Sequence record: SRR20825006_720
Direction: 5' to 3' (one strand)
DNA length: 48,192 nucleotides
In this document: in pieces, positions 9,074 through 18,579 of the stretch
Numbering within the stretch: position 1 is the first letter of the stretch
Layout: each line of letters starts with the position of its first letter
Translations under genes and position numbers: made by a program
Notes under the pieces: model-generated
Database searches by the model: none
The model's input: the letters and a program-made list of their open reading frames with translations, nothing else
Told to the model about the DNA's origin: nothing

Positions 9074-9243
9074 GTTCTCAATTTTTAAGTTAATCCAGTA
9101 AACCAGAGTTTTGATTTTAACTCAATTTAACAAAAAAAGGTGATTACTCCAACCTTGTAACAAAACAGCAATGATTATGTATAGAATGAGGTTATCTATG
9201 TAAGAATGGTTATTTTTTGATGATAATTGATTGAATCCAGAAA

Positions 9244-10089
9244 TCACTTTTCGTTGACCTCTACCAATTTATCATCATCCCACTCACCTCCAGCGACCAC
9301 ATCGCCCTCGGCATCGTAGAACCTACCAGCTCCGTTTCGCTTGTCGTTTTTCCACTCACCGGTGTACTTTTCTCCATTGGGCCAGTAGTAGGTACCATAT
9401 CCATTACGCTTGTCATCTTCATAGCTTCCCACGTAATATTCGCCATCGGCCCAGTAAAAGGTACCCTCGCCATGGCGCTGGTTGTTTTTCCAATCACCTT
9501 CGTACCTACTTCCGGTCTCTAAAAGCGCAACGCCAAAACCGTGGGCCTTGCCATCTTTTACCTGACCGATATAGTGTAGTTGATTGCCTTTGTTGCTTTT
9601 GAACGTAAGATATTCCCCAAATGATTTTTGCTGCAACTGTTTTTTAAGACGGGCCAATTGTACTTTGGCTTTTTCCAAGGAAAAGTTAATGGAATCATAC
9701 TTTCTAACGGCTTCCTCTTCGGCCCAGTTCGATTCTTGGATGGTATCCTGTTTTGCAGTTATGTTGTCGGGCATGGGGCTGACAACTATTTTGTTTTGCT
9801 TTAACTTTTCCGCCAATGCTATGCGCAAAGGAATCACCATATTGTTTTCTTTACTGGAGTTCATTGAAGCATGATATGATGAAATTGCGGTATCATAATC
9901 TTCTTGGAGCAACAAAGAATCAATTTTATTCAGTTGCTCATAGGCGTTTATCTTTTTCGAAATAACCTTGTTTTCTTCTTTGATCTGTGCCAGGTCTTTT
10001 TGAAGTTGAACCGAACGGGATGCAAAGAAAAACATTGCCAAGGCAAAAAAAGCTAAAAGTATATAGGGAGCGTATTTTTTTAATTTCAT
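9244..10089 (-). CDS. Membrane-anchored coiled-coil protein with C-terminal MORN repeats
   Basis: N-terminal TM segment, coiled coils, then four full 23-aa YxGxWxxxxRxGxG repeats plus a partial one. Confidence 0.9.
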   Translation of the reverse strand: MKLKKYAPYILLAFFALAMFFFASRSVQLQKDLAQIKEENKVISKKINAYEQLNKIDSLLLQEDYDTAISSYHASMNSSKENNMVIPLRIALAEKLKQNKIVVSPMPDNITAKQDTIQESNWAEEEAVRKYDSINFSLEKAKVQLARLKKQLQQKSFGEYLTFKSNKGNQLHYIGQVKDGKAHGFGVALLETGSRYEGDWKNNQRHGEGTFYWADGEYYVGSYEDDKRNGYGTYYWPNGEKYTGEWKNDKRNGAGRFYDAEGDVVAGGEWDDDKLVEVNEK

Positions 10090-10123
10090 GCGTTAATTGC
10101 TTGGTTCACTATTACATACGTGA

Positions 10124-10948
10124 TTAATCGGTCAAATGGACGTCCGGTAACTTTTTTTTAACTCTTCTAAAGTCAGGGGAATAATACATATGGAATCTCA
10201 ATGTCCAACCTTGTTGATAATAGCCTCCATTGTACCTTTCCTGTCCTTGATTGTACAAAACACCAGCGGCGAATGTGAGTCTAGGGGTAACAATATATCC
10301 AATGGTGGTCGTTAAGCGAAGGTCTTCCATCGGGCTTGCAACCACCTCCTTGCCACTCTGCATGATCAACTCGGCTTCCGGTGCCACATAAATGGTTTTG
10401 GGGCTGAGTTTATTATTATTCAAAGGGATTTTTGCCCTGAACATGTATCGCCAACGGTTTCTGAAAATATAGTCGCTATTCTCTGTAAATCCTTTGCTCC
10501 AGCGGTGCTCTATTCGAATTCGATGATAGAACATGGCCGAATAAAAAGGCATGGCAAACTGATATTGGTGCCAGATACGCCATTCAGGAACCACATTTTT
10601 ACCCTCGGAATCTTCATCGGTATTAAAATTGATACGCACTACCCCACCCAATCTAAAATTGGTCTTTTTGTTGAAAATATAACCAATGGCATGTCGGTTA
10701 TAAATTTGACCTATCTGTCCCATAAACGGGGTGCTTTCTGTTTCCTGAAACCTAAAATGGGTCTGGGCATCCCAAAAGAGGCGTTTACCAATACGAATGT
10801 TCCCGTATGTATTGAACCAAACCTTGGTTTTTGGATCTTTGTACTGTGAGGTCTCCGGAAGCACTTCGGGTTCTGACTCTTGTGCAAAAACCGCACATCC
10901 GAATAATAGGACAACAACCGCCAAAAAGCTATTTCTACAATTTCTCAT
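10124..10948 (-). CDS. DUF2490-family outer-membrane beta-barrel protein
   Basis: Signal peptide, EWRIWHQY, HRIRIEHRW and RNRWRY motifs, alternating aromatic strands. Confidence 0.85.
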   Translation of the reverse strand: MRNCRNSFLAVVVLLFGCAVFAQESEPEVLPETSQYKDPKTKVWFNTYGNIRIGKRLFWDAQTHFRFQETESTPFMGQIGQIYNRHAIGYIFNKKTNFRLGGVVRINFNTDEDSEGKNVVPEWRIWHQYQFAMPFYSAMFYHRIRIEHRWSKGFTENSDYIFRNRWRYMFRAKIPLNNNKLSPKTIYVAPEAELIMQSGKEVVASPMEDLRLTTTIGYIVTPRLTFAAGVLYNQGQERYNGGYYQQGWTLRFHMYYSPDFRRVKKKLPDVHLTD

Positions 10949-10950
10949 GT

Positions 10951-12885
10951 TTATTGGTTTTGGGTGGTTGATCGTTCGAGTATCAGTGCCAAAACCTCTG
11001 TTGGCCGTTTTTCACGACGAAGTTTGCGCTCCAATTTGCGGGTGTCCCTATTTCTCAAATCCAATATACTTTGGTGAGTGTTCATCATCTGGTCGTTCAA
11101 TGTCCCTATATTGTCACATGTTAATTCTTCTGTTGCCGTGTTCAAGAAATAAGGAATAAGTATATCCCTGTAGGCCGATACAATTCGTTTTTTTACCTCC
11201 TCTTCCATCACATTGGCCATAAAAGGATTCCAGACGGCATCGGTATATTCCTTTTCCACAACTTCGATACGATTTGGAAGTTCTTTAATGCCTGTTGCCA
11301 ATTCGCTGAGTTGCACAAGACATGCTTTTGCTCCTTTTCCATATTCCAGTTTTTCCTGGGGGTTTTTGATATCCGCATAATGGGTCAAAGAGCTATCGGC
11401 CAAATGCTTTAGCTGTTTTAATGCATTCGTATATTCTGATGAAAGTCCTGAAACAGAATCCAATTTCTGCTCTAGATCATTGTTCAGCTCAATAAGTTCT
11501 TCTTCCAGTCCATTCAACATTTGAAGCTGTTCCTCATTGGTCAACCGTGATGCAAGAGAACCCTTTATGTATTCCAAACTCATTTTTGCGTACGTGGCCA
11601 AAGCCTCGACCGCCAACAGGTCGTTGCTTTCATATTCAAACTCTTCAGAACTTGGCAGCTTAAACGTACTGGTGCCACCTTCTTCATCAGCGACCACCAA
11701 AATCTCCGTGCTAGGTTTGCCATTGGGCCAAAGTTTTGCCAATAGTAATGGAATCTCTTGGTACTGGACAATTTCCAATTGCTTATGTGCCACCAATGTG
11801 GATAAAGGAATCAAGAAGTCGTTGTTTATTTTTTGGGCCGCATTGTAGTAAAAAAGTGCTTCTGGGTCCGTACGCTTTACGATATTCAAATGGCTGTTTT
11901 CCAATATTGTGGAGCTCATTTTTGAGGCATCCTTATATTCCGAAACAATTTTGTCCAAGGTTTTATTTTGAAGGGAATCCAATGGAAAGTAAGGTACCCT
12001 GACTTTCATGTTGGGCTTAAAATCAGAGGTTCCCAAATGGTTTAGCACATTGTTCACCTTTTGATAATAATCCATGTTCTGGTCCAACAAACGTACTATT
12101 TGACTTTCCCTGCTTTGCAAATGGATAAGCGATTGAAGCAAAGCAATATAGCCCTCGTTCAACTGAACGGTTTTATAGGATGCAACGCTCTTGGTAAATA
12201 CGTTTATATCCTGTGATTTGCCATCGGACTTTATTTTTATGGTTCTCAGCAATCCATCCTCGAAGAACCAATCCTCGATATCCTCCACGGCCTCTGTTCC
12301 ATAGTACGACCATTCATCGTGCGCAAGACCGTCCCTTAAAAATCGACCCACCAGCACGCTGCTATCGTTCTCTATCCGAAAATTTTGACGCGGTACTCCT
12401 TTGTCAAAAGAAATGGTGCTTTTAAATATGATTTTTTCAACCTCGGAGTCCTTTATCTGGTTAATGGTGTAGTTCCAATCACCATCGGGTTTACCATCTA
12501 TTAGGTTCCCCTCACCTATTTCTTGAACACCACTGACCAAAACCCGGTATTCGTAGCCCACCACCTGACTCTGGCTATTGGTCTTGTATTCGCCAAATTC
12601 AAATTTCCATGGTCCGTTGGCAACGCCTTTATCAAACTTGCCCGAAAAACGAAAGGATGTGTCCTCGTTCTGCACCAAGGTCTCTAAATTGGATTGTTGT
12701 AATTGAAAATTACCGTCAAAAATGGTATCGAGGTCTGAAATAGCGAATTGATAAACTGCTTTTCCCGAATAAGGCCCCACTTTAAGCGGACCCTCGTATG
12801 TTTCTCGTTCTTGCCCAAAGGTCTGAAGCGAAAGCATCAAAAATAGAAATACAGGAAAAAGCCGTTTTTTGGAAGGCTGTATCAT
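10951..12885 (-). CDS. Secreted hypothetical protein: MORN-variant-like beta N-half, helical C-half (644 aa)
   Basis: Start revised to the ATG at 12885, which gives a signal peptide (MIQPSKKRLFPVFLFLMLSLQTFGQ). Contains GKFDKGVANGPW, GKPDGDW and GLAHDEW units. Confidence 0.8.
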   Translation of the reverse strand: MIQPSKKRLFPVFLFLMLSLQTFGQERETYEGPLKVGPYSGKAVYQFAISDLDTIFDGNFQLQQSNLETLVQNEDTSFRFSGKFDKGVANGPWKFEFGEYKTNSQSQVVGYEYRVLVSGVQEIGEGNLIDGKPDGDWNYTINQIKDSEVEKIIFKSTISFDKGVPRQNFRIENDSSVLVGRFLRDGLAHDEWSYYGTEAVEDIEDWFFEDGLLRTIKIKSDGKSQDINVFTKSVASYKTVQLNEGYIALLQSLIHLQSRESQIVRLLDQNMDYYQKVNNVLNHLGTSDFKPNMKVRVPYFPLDSLQNKTLDKIVSEYKDASKMSSTILENSHLNIVKRTDPEALFYYNAAQKINNDFLIPLSTLVAHKQLEIVQYQEIPLLLAKLWPNGKPSTEILVVADEEGGTSTFKLPSSEEFEYESNDLLAVEALATYAKMSLEYIKGSLASRLTNEEQLQMLNGLEEELIELNNDLEQKLDSVSGLSSEYTNALKQLKHLADSSLTHYADIKNPQEKLEYGKGAKACLVQLSELATGIKELPNRIEVVEKEYTDAVWNPFMANVMEEEVKKRIVSAYRDILIPYFLNTATEELTCDNIGTLNDQMMNTHQSILDLRNRDTRKLERKLRREKRPTEVLALILERSTTQNQ

Positions 12886-13138
12886 GGAGTAATCTAGTGT
12901 TAGTCGAATCGTCCATTTAAATACGTTCCCAAATGGATATATGGACGACAAGATCAAAGGTTTTACGATATTTATGGATATACCCGTTATTTATTGAACG
13001 GTTATTAAAGCTCAAAGGAAAATTCTATCAAACTGCTTATCCAGTTTACTTTGGTAAATGCTACAACTGCTTTAAAATAAATAAATCCTTTCTTTTTTTT
13101 CATACCTTGTTCTCTTGATTCATCAATAAACTAACTCA

Positions 13139-16100
13139 ATGAGAAAAAATTACTATCTGTTGGCCTGTGCCATAGTTTTTATGGGTACCTCTTCTTTTGC
13201 TCAGGATAAAGAGCAGGTTGCGGACAGCACAAAAAAGGCAACCGAAGAACTGCCCCTTGAACCGGAGAGAACCATTTCTTTTACCACCAAAGAGGGTACT
13301 TGGATTTCTTTGGATGTAAGCCCTGATGGCAAAACCATCATTTTTGATTTGATGGGCGACCTGTACACCATTCCCATCCAAGGAGGCAAAGCAACTCAGA
13401 TTACAGAAGGAATAGCCTATGATGTCCACCCGAGGTTCAGCCCCGATGGAAAATCCATCGTTTTTATTTCCGATAAAAGCGGGTCCGATAATATCTGGAC
13501 CATGGAATTGGGGTCAGAAGAAGCCAAACAAATTACCAAGGACAGTGATCAGAATTTCTTTTCGGCCGACTGGAGTCCGGATGGAGACTATATTGTTGGT
13601 GCCAAGGGCCGCAGGAACATCAAGCTGCACATGTACCACAAAGATGGTGGAGGCGGTGCACAACTTATCTCCGAACCGGAAAAACTGAAAGCCATTGACC
13701 CAGAATTCTCGCCAGATGGAAAACTCATTTATTTTTCGAGACGTACGGGAGCATGGAACTATAACGCCCAATTACCCCAATATCAATTAGGGACGTACGA
13801 TACCGAGGATGGTGGGGTTTCCCTGGTTACCTCCCGATATGGTTCCGCATTTACCCCTACGCTTTCGCCCAATGGTAAATGGTTGGTATATGGTAGCCGT
13901 TTTGAGACCGAGACGGGACTTGTATTGCGCAATTTGGAAAATGGTGACGAGCGTTGGTTGGCCTATCCTGTACAACGGGATGAGCAAGAATCCATTGCAC
14001 CACTTGGCGTACTGCCTGGAATGGCCTTTACTCCGGATAGCAAAAACTTGGTGGCAAGCTATGGAGGGAAAATATACAGTATAAATATCGACTCGAATTC
14101 ATCGGTTGAGATACCTTTTGAAGTAGATGTCAATCTTGAATTAGGCCCACAATTATCCTTTAAATATCCCATTGAGGATACCAAGGAGGCTTTTGTGACT
14201 CAAATCCGGGATGGGGTTCCGTCACCCGATGGAAGCAAACTTGCATTTACGGCGTTAAACAGGCTTTATGTGATGGATTTGCCCAATGGCACACCAAAAC
14301 GATTGACAAAAAACGACTTTACCGAAGCTCAACCCGCTTGGTCCCCAGATGGCGAGAGCATTGTTTTCACTTCTTGGGAAACCGATGGTGGTTATTTGTA
14401 CAAGGTAAGTGCAAACGGACGCGGAGGCTCTAAAAAACTAACGGAGGAGTCGGCTATCTATAGCAATCCAGCTTGGTCTTACAAAAACAATAGAATAGCA
14501 TTTACCAAGGGTTCCGCGCAAGTATATCGCGATGCAATTGGCCCTCGTGCCAGTGGTGCGCAGGAAGATTTGGCATGGATTCCATCCGAAGGCGGAAAAA
14601 TTACGGTGATAGATAAATCCGAAGGTCGTTCCAACCCACATTTCACCAAAGTGGACGACCGAATTTATTTGAACAAGGACAAAGATTTACTTTCCATTCG
14701 ATGGGACGGCACCGATCAAAAGGAACACCTTACGCTTAGCGGTATTACTACCTTCGGTTCCTCTTCCTTTGGGTTTCATGATGAAAACGGAGGCCATAGT
14801 ATTTTACCGGGCTCCGAACAAAATCAAGCTCCAGAGGATAAATCATCTGCTCCTTCGGAAATCAAAATTTCTCCGGATGGCACAACGGCCTTGGCCAAAA
14901 TCAACAATGATATTTACACGGTGACTGTTCCTAAATACGGAAAAACGCCAAAAGTATCTGTAGCAGATGCCGATAAAGCGGCCTTCCCTGCAATGAAATT
15001 GACACTGTTGGGAGGTGAATTCCCAGCATGGTCCGGTGATGGCAAAGATGTGCATTGGTCTTTGGGCGCCAGTCACTTTATTTATAATCTTCCGGCCGCC
15101 AAAGCATATGCTGACAGTGTGGCAATTGCTAAAAAGGAAGCCGAAAAATTAAAAAAGGAGAGCGAAGATGATGAGGAAGAAGATGAAAAGGATGAGGACA
15201 AAGAGGAAGACAAAGGATATCAAGCTAAAGAAATCAAGGTAAAGGTTAGTTATACCAAAGATATTCCCGAGGGTACGGTGCTGATAAAAGGAGCTCGTAT
15301 CATCACAATGAAGGATGACACCGTAATTGAGAACGGTGATATTCTTATCGAGAACAACAGAATAAAAGCCATCGGAAGCTCAGGCACCCTAGATGTTCCC
15401 AACGGTACCGTTGAGATTGATGCAACGGGCAAGACGGTTACCCCCGGCTTTGTGGACACCCACGCACACATGTGGCCCAACTGGGGCATCCATAAAAATC
15501 AGATTTGGATTTATTCAGCAAACTTGGCGTATGGGGTTACGACCACTAGAGATCCCCAAACTGCCACTACCGATGTATTGACCTATTCCGATATGGTTGA
15601 TGCGGGGATGATGCACGGACCACGGGTCTACAGCACCGGGCCTGGTGTCGGCTATTGGTCGTACAAAATAAAATCATTGGAACATGCCAAGGAAGTGCTA
15701 AAGCAATACAGCGAGTACTACGATACCAAGAGCATAAAAATGTATTTGGTGGGGAACCGACAGATGCGCCAATGGATCATTATGGCGGCCAAAGAATTAA
15801 AATTGATGCCGACTACCGAAGGTGGATTGGATTTTAAATTGAACATGACCCAATTGTTAGATGGATATCCCGGACATGAGCATTCGTTCCCGATTTATCC
15901 AATTTATAATGACGTCGTACAATCCGTTGCAGAATCCAAAATGGCGGTCACCCCTACCCTTTTGGTATCCTACGGCGGACCATGGGCGGAGAACTATTAT
16001 TATGCCACCGAAGACGTGTACCATGACAAAAAGCTACAATACTTTACTCCCTATGAAGAATTGGCACAAAAATCAAGACGAAGAGGAGCTTGGTTTATGC

Positions 16101-16528
16101 CCGAAGAACATGTTTTTCAAAAGCATGCCGAGTTTATGAAAGATCTGGTCGAAGCTGATGGTCTCGGAGGCATTGGAAGCCACGGTCAGTTACAGGGGTT
16201 GGGTTACCATTGGGAACTCTGGTCCGTGGCCAGTGGCGGTATGAAAAGCATGGATGCACTGAAAGTTGCCACTATTTTGGGTGCAGAATCCCTTGGTTTG
16301 GACGGAGATTTGGGTAGTATCGAGGAAGGTAAATTGGCGGATATTTTGATCTTGGATAAAAATCCGTTGGAAGATATTCGAAAGACCAACACAATTACCC
16401 ACGTTATCAAAAACGGTAAGGTATACGATGCCGATACGTTAGATGAGGTGGCTCCTGTTAAAAAAGAAGCAGAGACATTCCATTGGCAAACGAAGAAACC
16501 AGAAGGAGTTCCAGGAATGAAAAAATAA
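13139..16528 (+). CDS. Secreted TolB-like (PD40) beta-propeller plus amidohydrolase-domain protein
   Basis: Signal peptide, many (W/F)SPDG repeats, acidic linker, PGFVDTHAH, GSIEEGKLADILIL. Confidence 0.92.
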   Translation: MRKNYYLLACAIVFMGTSSFAQDKEQVADSTKKATEELPLEPERTISFTTKEGTWISLDVSPDGKTIIFDLMGDLYTIPIQGGKATQITEGIAYDVHPRFSPDGKSIVFISDKSGSDNIWTMELGSEEAKQITKDSDQNFFSADWSPDGDYIVGAKGRRNIKLHMYHKDGGGGAQLISEPEKLKAIDPEFSPDGKLIYFSRRTGAWNYNAQLPQYQLGTYDTEDGGVSLVTSRYGSAFTPTLSPNGKWLVYGSRFETETGLVLRNLENGDERWLAYPVQRDEQESIAPLGVLPGMAFTPDSKNLVASYGGKIYSINIDSNSSVEIPFEVDVNLELGPQLSFKYPIEDTKEAFVTQIRDGVPSPDGSKLAFTALNRLYVMDLPNGTPKRLTKNDFTEAQPAWSPDGESIVFTSWETDGGYLYKVSANGRGGSKKLTEESAIYSNPAWSYKNNRIAFTKGSAQVYRDAIGPRASGAQEDLAWIPSEGGKITVIDKSEGRSNPHFTKVDDRIYLNKDKDLLSIRWDGTDQKEHLTLSGITTFGSSSFGFHDENGGHSILPGSEQNQAPEDKSSAPSEIKISPDGTTALAKINNDIYTVTVPKYGKTPKVSVADADKAAFPAMKLTLLGGEFPAWSGDGKDVHWSLGASHFIYNLPAAKAYADSVAIAKKEAEKLKKESEDDEEEDEKDEDKEEDKGYQAKEIKVKVSYTKDIPEGTVLIKGARIITMKDDTVIENGDILIENNRIKAIGSSGTLDVPNGTVEIDATGKTVTPGFVDTHAHMWPNWGIHKNQIWIYSANLAYGVTTTRDPQTATTDVLTYSDMVDAGMMHGPRVYSTGPGVGYWSYKIKSLEHAKEVLKQYSEYYDTKSIKMYLVGNRQMRQWIIMAAKELKLMPTTEGGLDFKLNMTQLLDGYPGHEHSFPIYPIYNDVVQSVAESKMAVTPTLLVSYGGPWAENYYYATEDVYHDKKLQYFTPYEELAQKSRRRGAWFMPEEHVFQKHAEFMKDLVEADGLGGIGSHGQLQGLGYHWELWSVASGGMKSMDALKVATILGAESLGLDGDLGSIEEGKLADILILDKNPLEDIRKTNTITHVIKNGKVYDADTLDEVAPVKKEAETFHWQTKKPEGVPGMKK

Positions 16529-16549
16529 AATACCCTAAATTTAAAAATG

Positions 16550-16578
16550 AAAGGCGCACAGATGGGTGCGCCTTTTTT
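16550..16578. terminator. Bidirectional terminator
   Basis: AAAGGCGCAC-loop-GTGCGCCTTTTTT between convergent genes. Confidence 0.85.
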
Positions 16579-16599
16579 ATTGTCAAATTACTACTGCGT

Positions 16600-18294
16600 T
16601 TAAAAATTATCGTTGTTGAATGTCCAATCATAATCTAGTGCTAATTCATTGATTTTAGCAATGGTGGTTTGATCAATCAAATCGGTGCCTGGGTTGTATT
16701 GATAATCTATATACCCACTATTGGTTGCATTTAGGATTACATGATCATAAACACCTGAAATTATTTCATCCAATTTCTCACCGATAAATTGGTTGCCACC
16801 TATGTAAAGATGGGACACTAAGGGATTGTTGGATAAATCCAAATCAGTTAAATTATTGTTGCGAATGGACAATCTTTCAAAACGACTAAGTGCGCTTAGA
16901 TCTATATTGTCCAACAAATTATCGGCTATATATAAAGCCCTTAGGTTTAGGTTTGCAGAAAGGTCTATCGTACTTATTTGATTTTCATATAAATCTATAC
17001 GTTCCAAAATGACATTTTCAGAAAGGTCTATTTCTGTAAGGTTATTTGCCCCCACACTGATTTCCTGCAATTTTAAATTTTGGGAAACATCAATATTTGA
17101 AATAGAATTATCACTTAAATCAATTCGCTTCAGAACTGGATTATTGGTAAGATCCACACTGGTTAAATTATTCTGTTCTGCCTCTAGTATTTTTAACTTT
17201 GAATTATTGGAAACATCAAGCATTGAAATTTGATTTTCGTATATAGATAAATACTCTAACTCAATATTTTTAGTGACGTCGATTTCAGTCAACCGGTTAT
17301 GTCTCGCCCAAAGCGTTTTTAAATTCACATTATTCGAAAGATTCAAATTTGTTATCTGATTATAACCAACACTCAATTTTTCCAGCACAATATTATTGGA
17401 AGTGTCCAATGATGTCAGTGCTCCTGCATAAAATTCGCATGTTTTCAGCAAAATCAGTTTATCGATTTCTGCGGATGTGATATTGCTTTCAAAGTTTTGT
17501 CCTTGATCACTGTTGTTAAAACTTAAATATTCTATGACCTCAACAGCTCCAGTTACTTTTATTTCATAAATGCCGTTCTCCTGGTATTGATGAACTAGCT
17601 CATTCTCAATATTAATTGTACTTAGGGTAGACACATACTCTTCAATGGTTCCATCGCCCCAATCAATGGAATATTTTGAACCGGTCAATGATTTTAAAAC
17701 AATTGTTTTGGTGGTAAGAACCGCTGAATCATCAACAGTCATTGTAAAAAAGTCTTCGGAATCAGGGAAGGACAGTTCCGCTTCATCGTAACCAAATTCG
17801 ACAAATGAATAACCATCCGCCCCAATATTTTCAACGGTTGTGGTTTCGGAATTCGCTGACTGAACCGTAAAATTGTAGGGCAACGATGTTCCCGAGAACA
17901 GAGATAAGGTCGAGGTCGCTGTAGGTACCAATGCTACAACTATATCATCGGAATCCACTAGAACAAACTCAGTTAAATTATAGTTCCCCGGATCCAGCAT
18001 AACTTCTTCGGTCACAAAGCCATCTCCATGGACAAGAACATCTAACTTTTCGAAGTCGAGTACTTGGACTCCATTGTCGGTCTCAATGCTTATAAAGGCA
18101 TATACTGGTACGTATTCCTTCCCCACACCGTGAGCAGTTTTGGCCGTTATTTCTTTATTTAAAATACTAAAGGATTGTCCTCCCTGTTCCACTGCTTGTG
18201 GCTCTTCCGGCCCTTCGGGGTCTATAGGCCCTTCGTCCTCTGAGCAGGAAACCATAAAAATGAACATCAATAGTAAATAGAAAGTTTGTTTCAT
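16600..18294 (-). CDS. Leucine-rich-repeat lipoprotein with a PKD-like domain
   Basis: Lipobox MVSC followed by acidic residues, IDWGDG...HQY (PKD-like), ten 21-aa LRRs such as LTEIDVTKNIELEYLSIYENQ. Confidence 0.9.
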   Translation of the reverse strand: MKQTFYLLLMFIFMVSCSEDEGPIDPEGPEEPQAVEQGGQSFSILNKEITAKTAHGVGKEYVPVYAFISIETDNGVQVLDFEKLDVLVHGDGFVTEEVMLDPGNYNLTEFVLVDSDDIVVALVPTATSTLSLFSGTSLPYNFTVQSANSETTTVENIGADGYSFVEFGYDEAELSFPDSEDFFTMTVDDSAVLTTKTIVLKSLTGSKYSIDWGDGTIEEYVSTLSTINIENELVHQYQENGIYEIKVTGAVEVIEYLSFNNSDQGQNFESNITSAEIDKLILLKTCEFYAGALTSLDTSNNIVLEKLSVGYNQITNLNLSNNVNLKTLWARHNRLTEIDVTKNIELEYLSIYENQISMLDVSNNSKLKILEAEQNNLTSVDLTNNPVLKRIDLSDNSISNIDVSQNLKLQEISVGANNLTEIDLSENVILERIDLYENQISTIDLSANLNLRALYIADNLLDNIDLSALSRFERLSIRNNNLTDLDLSNNPLVSHLYIGGNQFIGEKLDEIISGVYDHVILNATNSGYIDYQYNPGTDLIDQTTIAKINELALDYDWTFNNDNF

Positions 18295-18527
18295 GATAAA
18301 GGAAGGTTACTTAACCTAATATGCAAATTGAATCGAGGGCAAGATTACCGTGTAGAAATACTCTCGTGATGGTGGACAGGTCAGGGTTAAGGTTGATTTT
18401 GATTATAACTTTATGTGCTTTCTAAAAGTAGGATTTTTCTTTGAAATATGGAATGGTTAGTTGCGAAACACCGTATTTTTCAGATAAAATACCGATGTAT
18501 CCATATAGATGCTTACTATACCTGAAT

Positions 18528-18554
18528 AAAAAAGCGCACCCAATGGTGCGCTTT
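18528..18554 (-). terminator. Terminator after the M13 peptidase gene
   Basis: AAAAAAGCGCACC-caat-GGTGCGCTTT. Confidence 0.85.
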
Positions 18555-18579
18555 AATGTTTTAATCAAGATATGATTTC

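Noticed and set aside
12886-12957. ORF-track N-terminal extensions here and at 20596-20640, 35095-35130, 37591-37683, 40457-40501 and 40733-40768
   Set aside because: Downstream ATGs restore proper signal peptides or family-typical N-termini.
12933-13118. 61-aa ORF between divergent genes (also 7801..8076)
   Set aside because: Covers promoter or terminator DNA and shows no protein-like features.
15160-15215. GAA/GAT-rich low-complexity tract
   Set aside because: Encodes the acidic linker of the amidohydrolase. It is not a DNA repeat element.
16790-17430. 63-bp periodicity that could suggest an array (also a 69-bp period at about 9270-9580)
   Set aside because: Explained by protein LRR and MORN repeats. 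There are no identical repeats with unique spacers, so this is not CRISPR.
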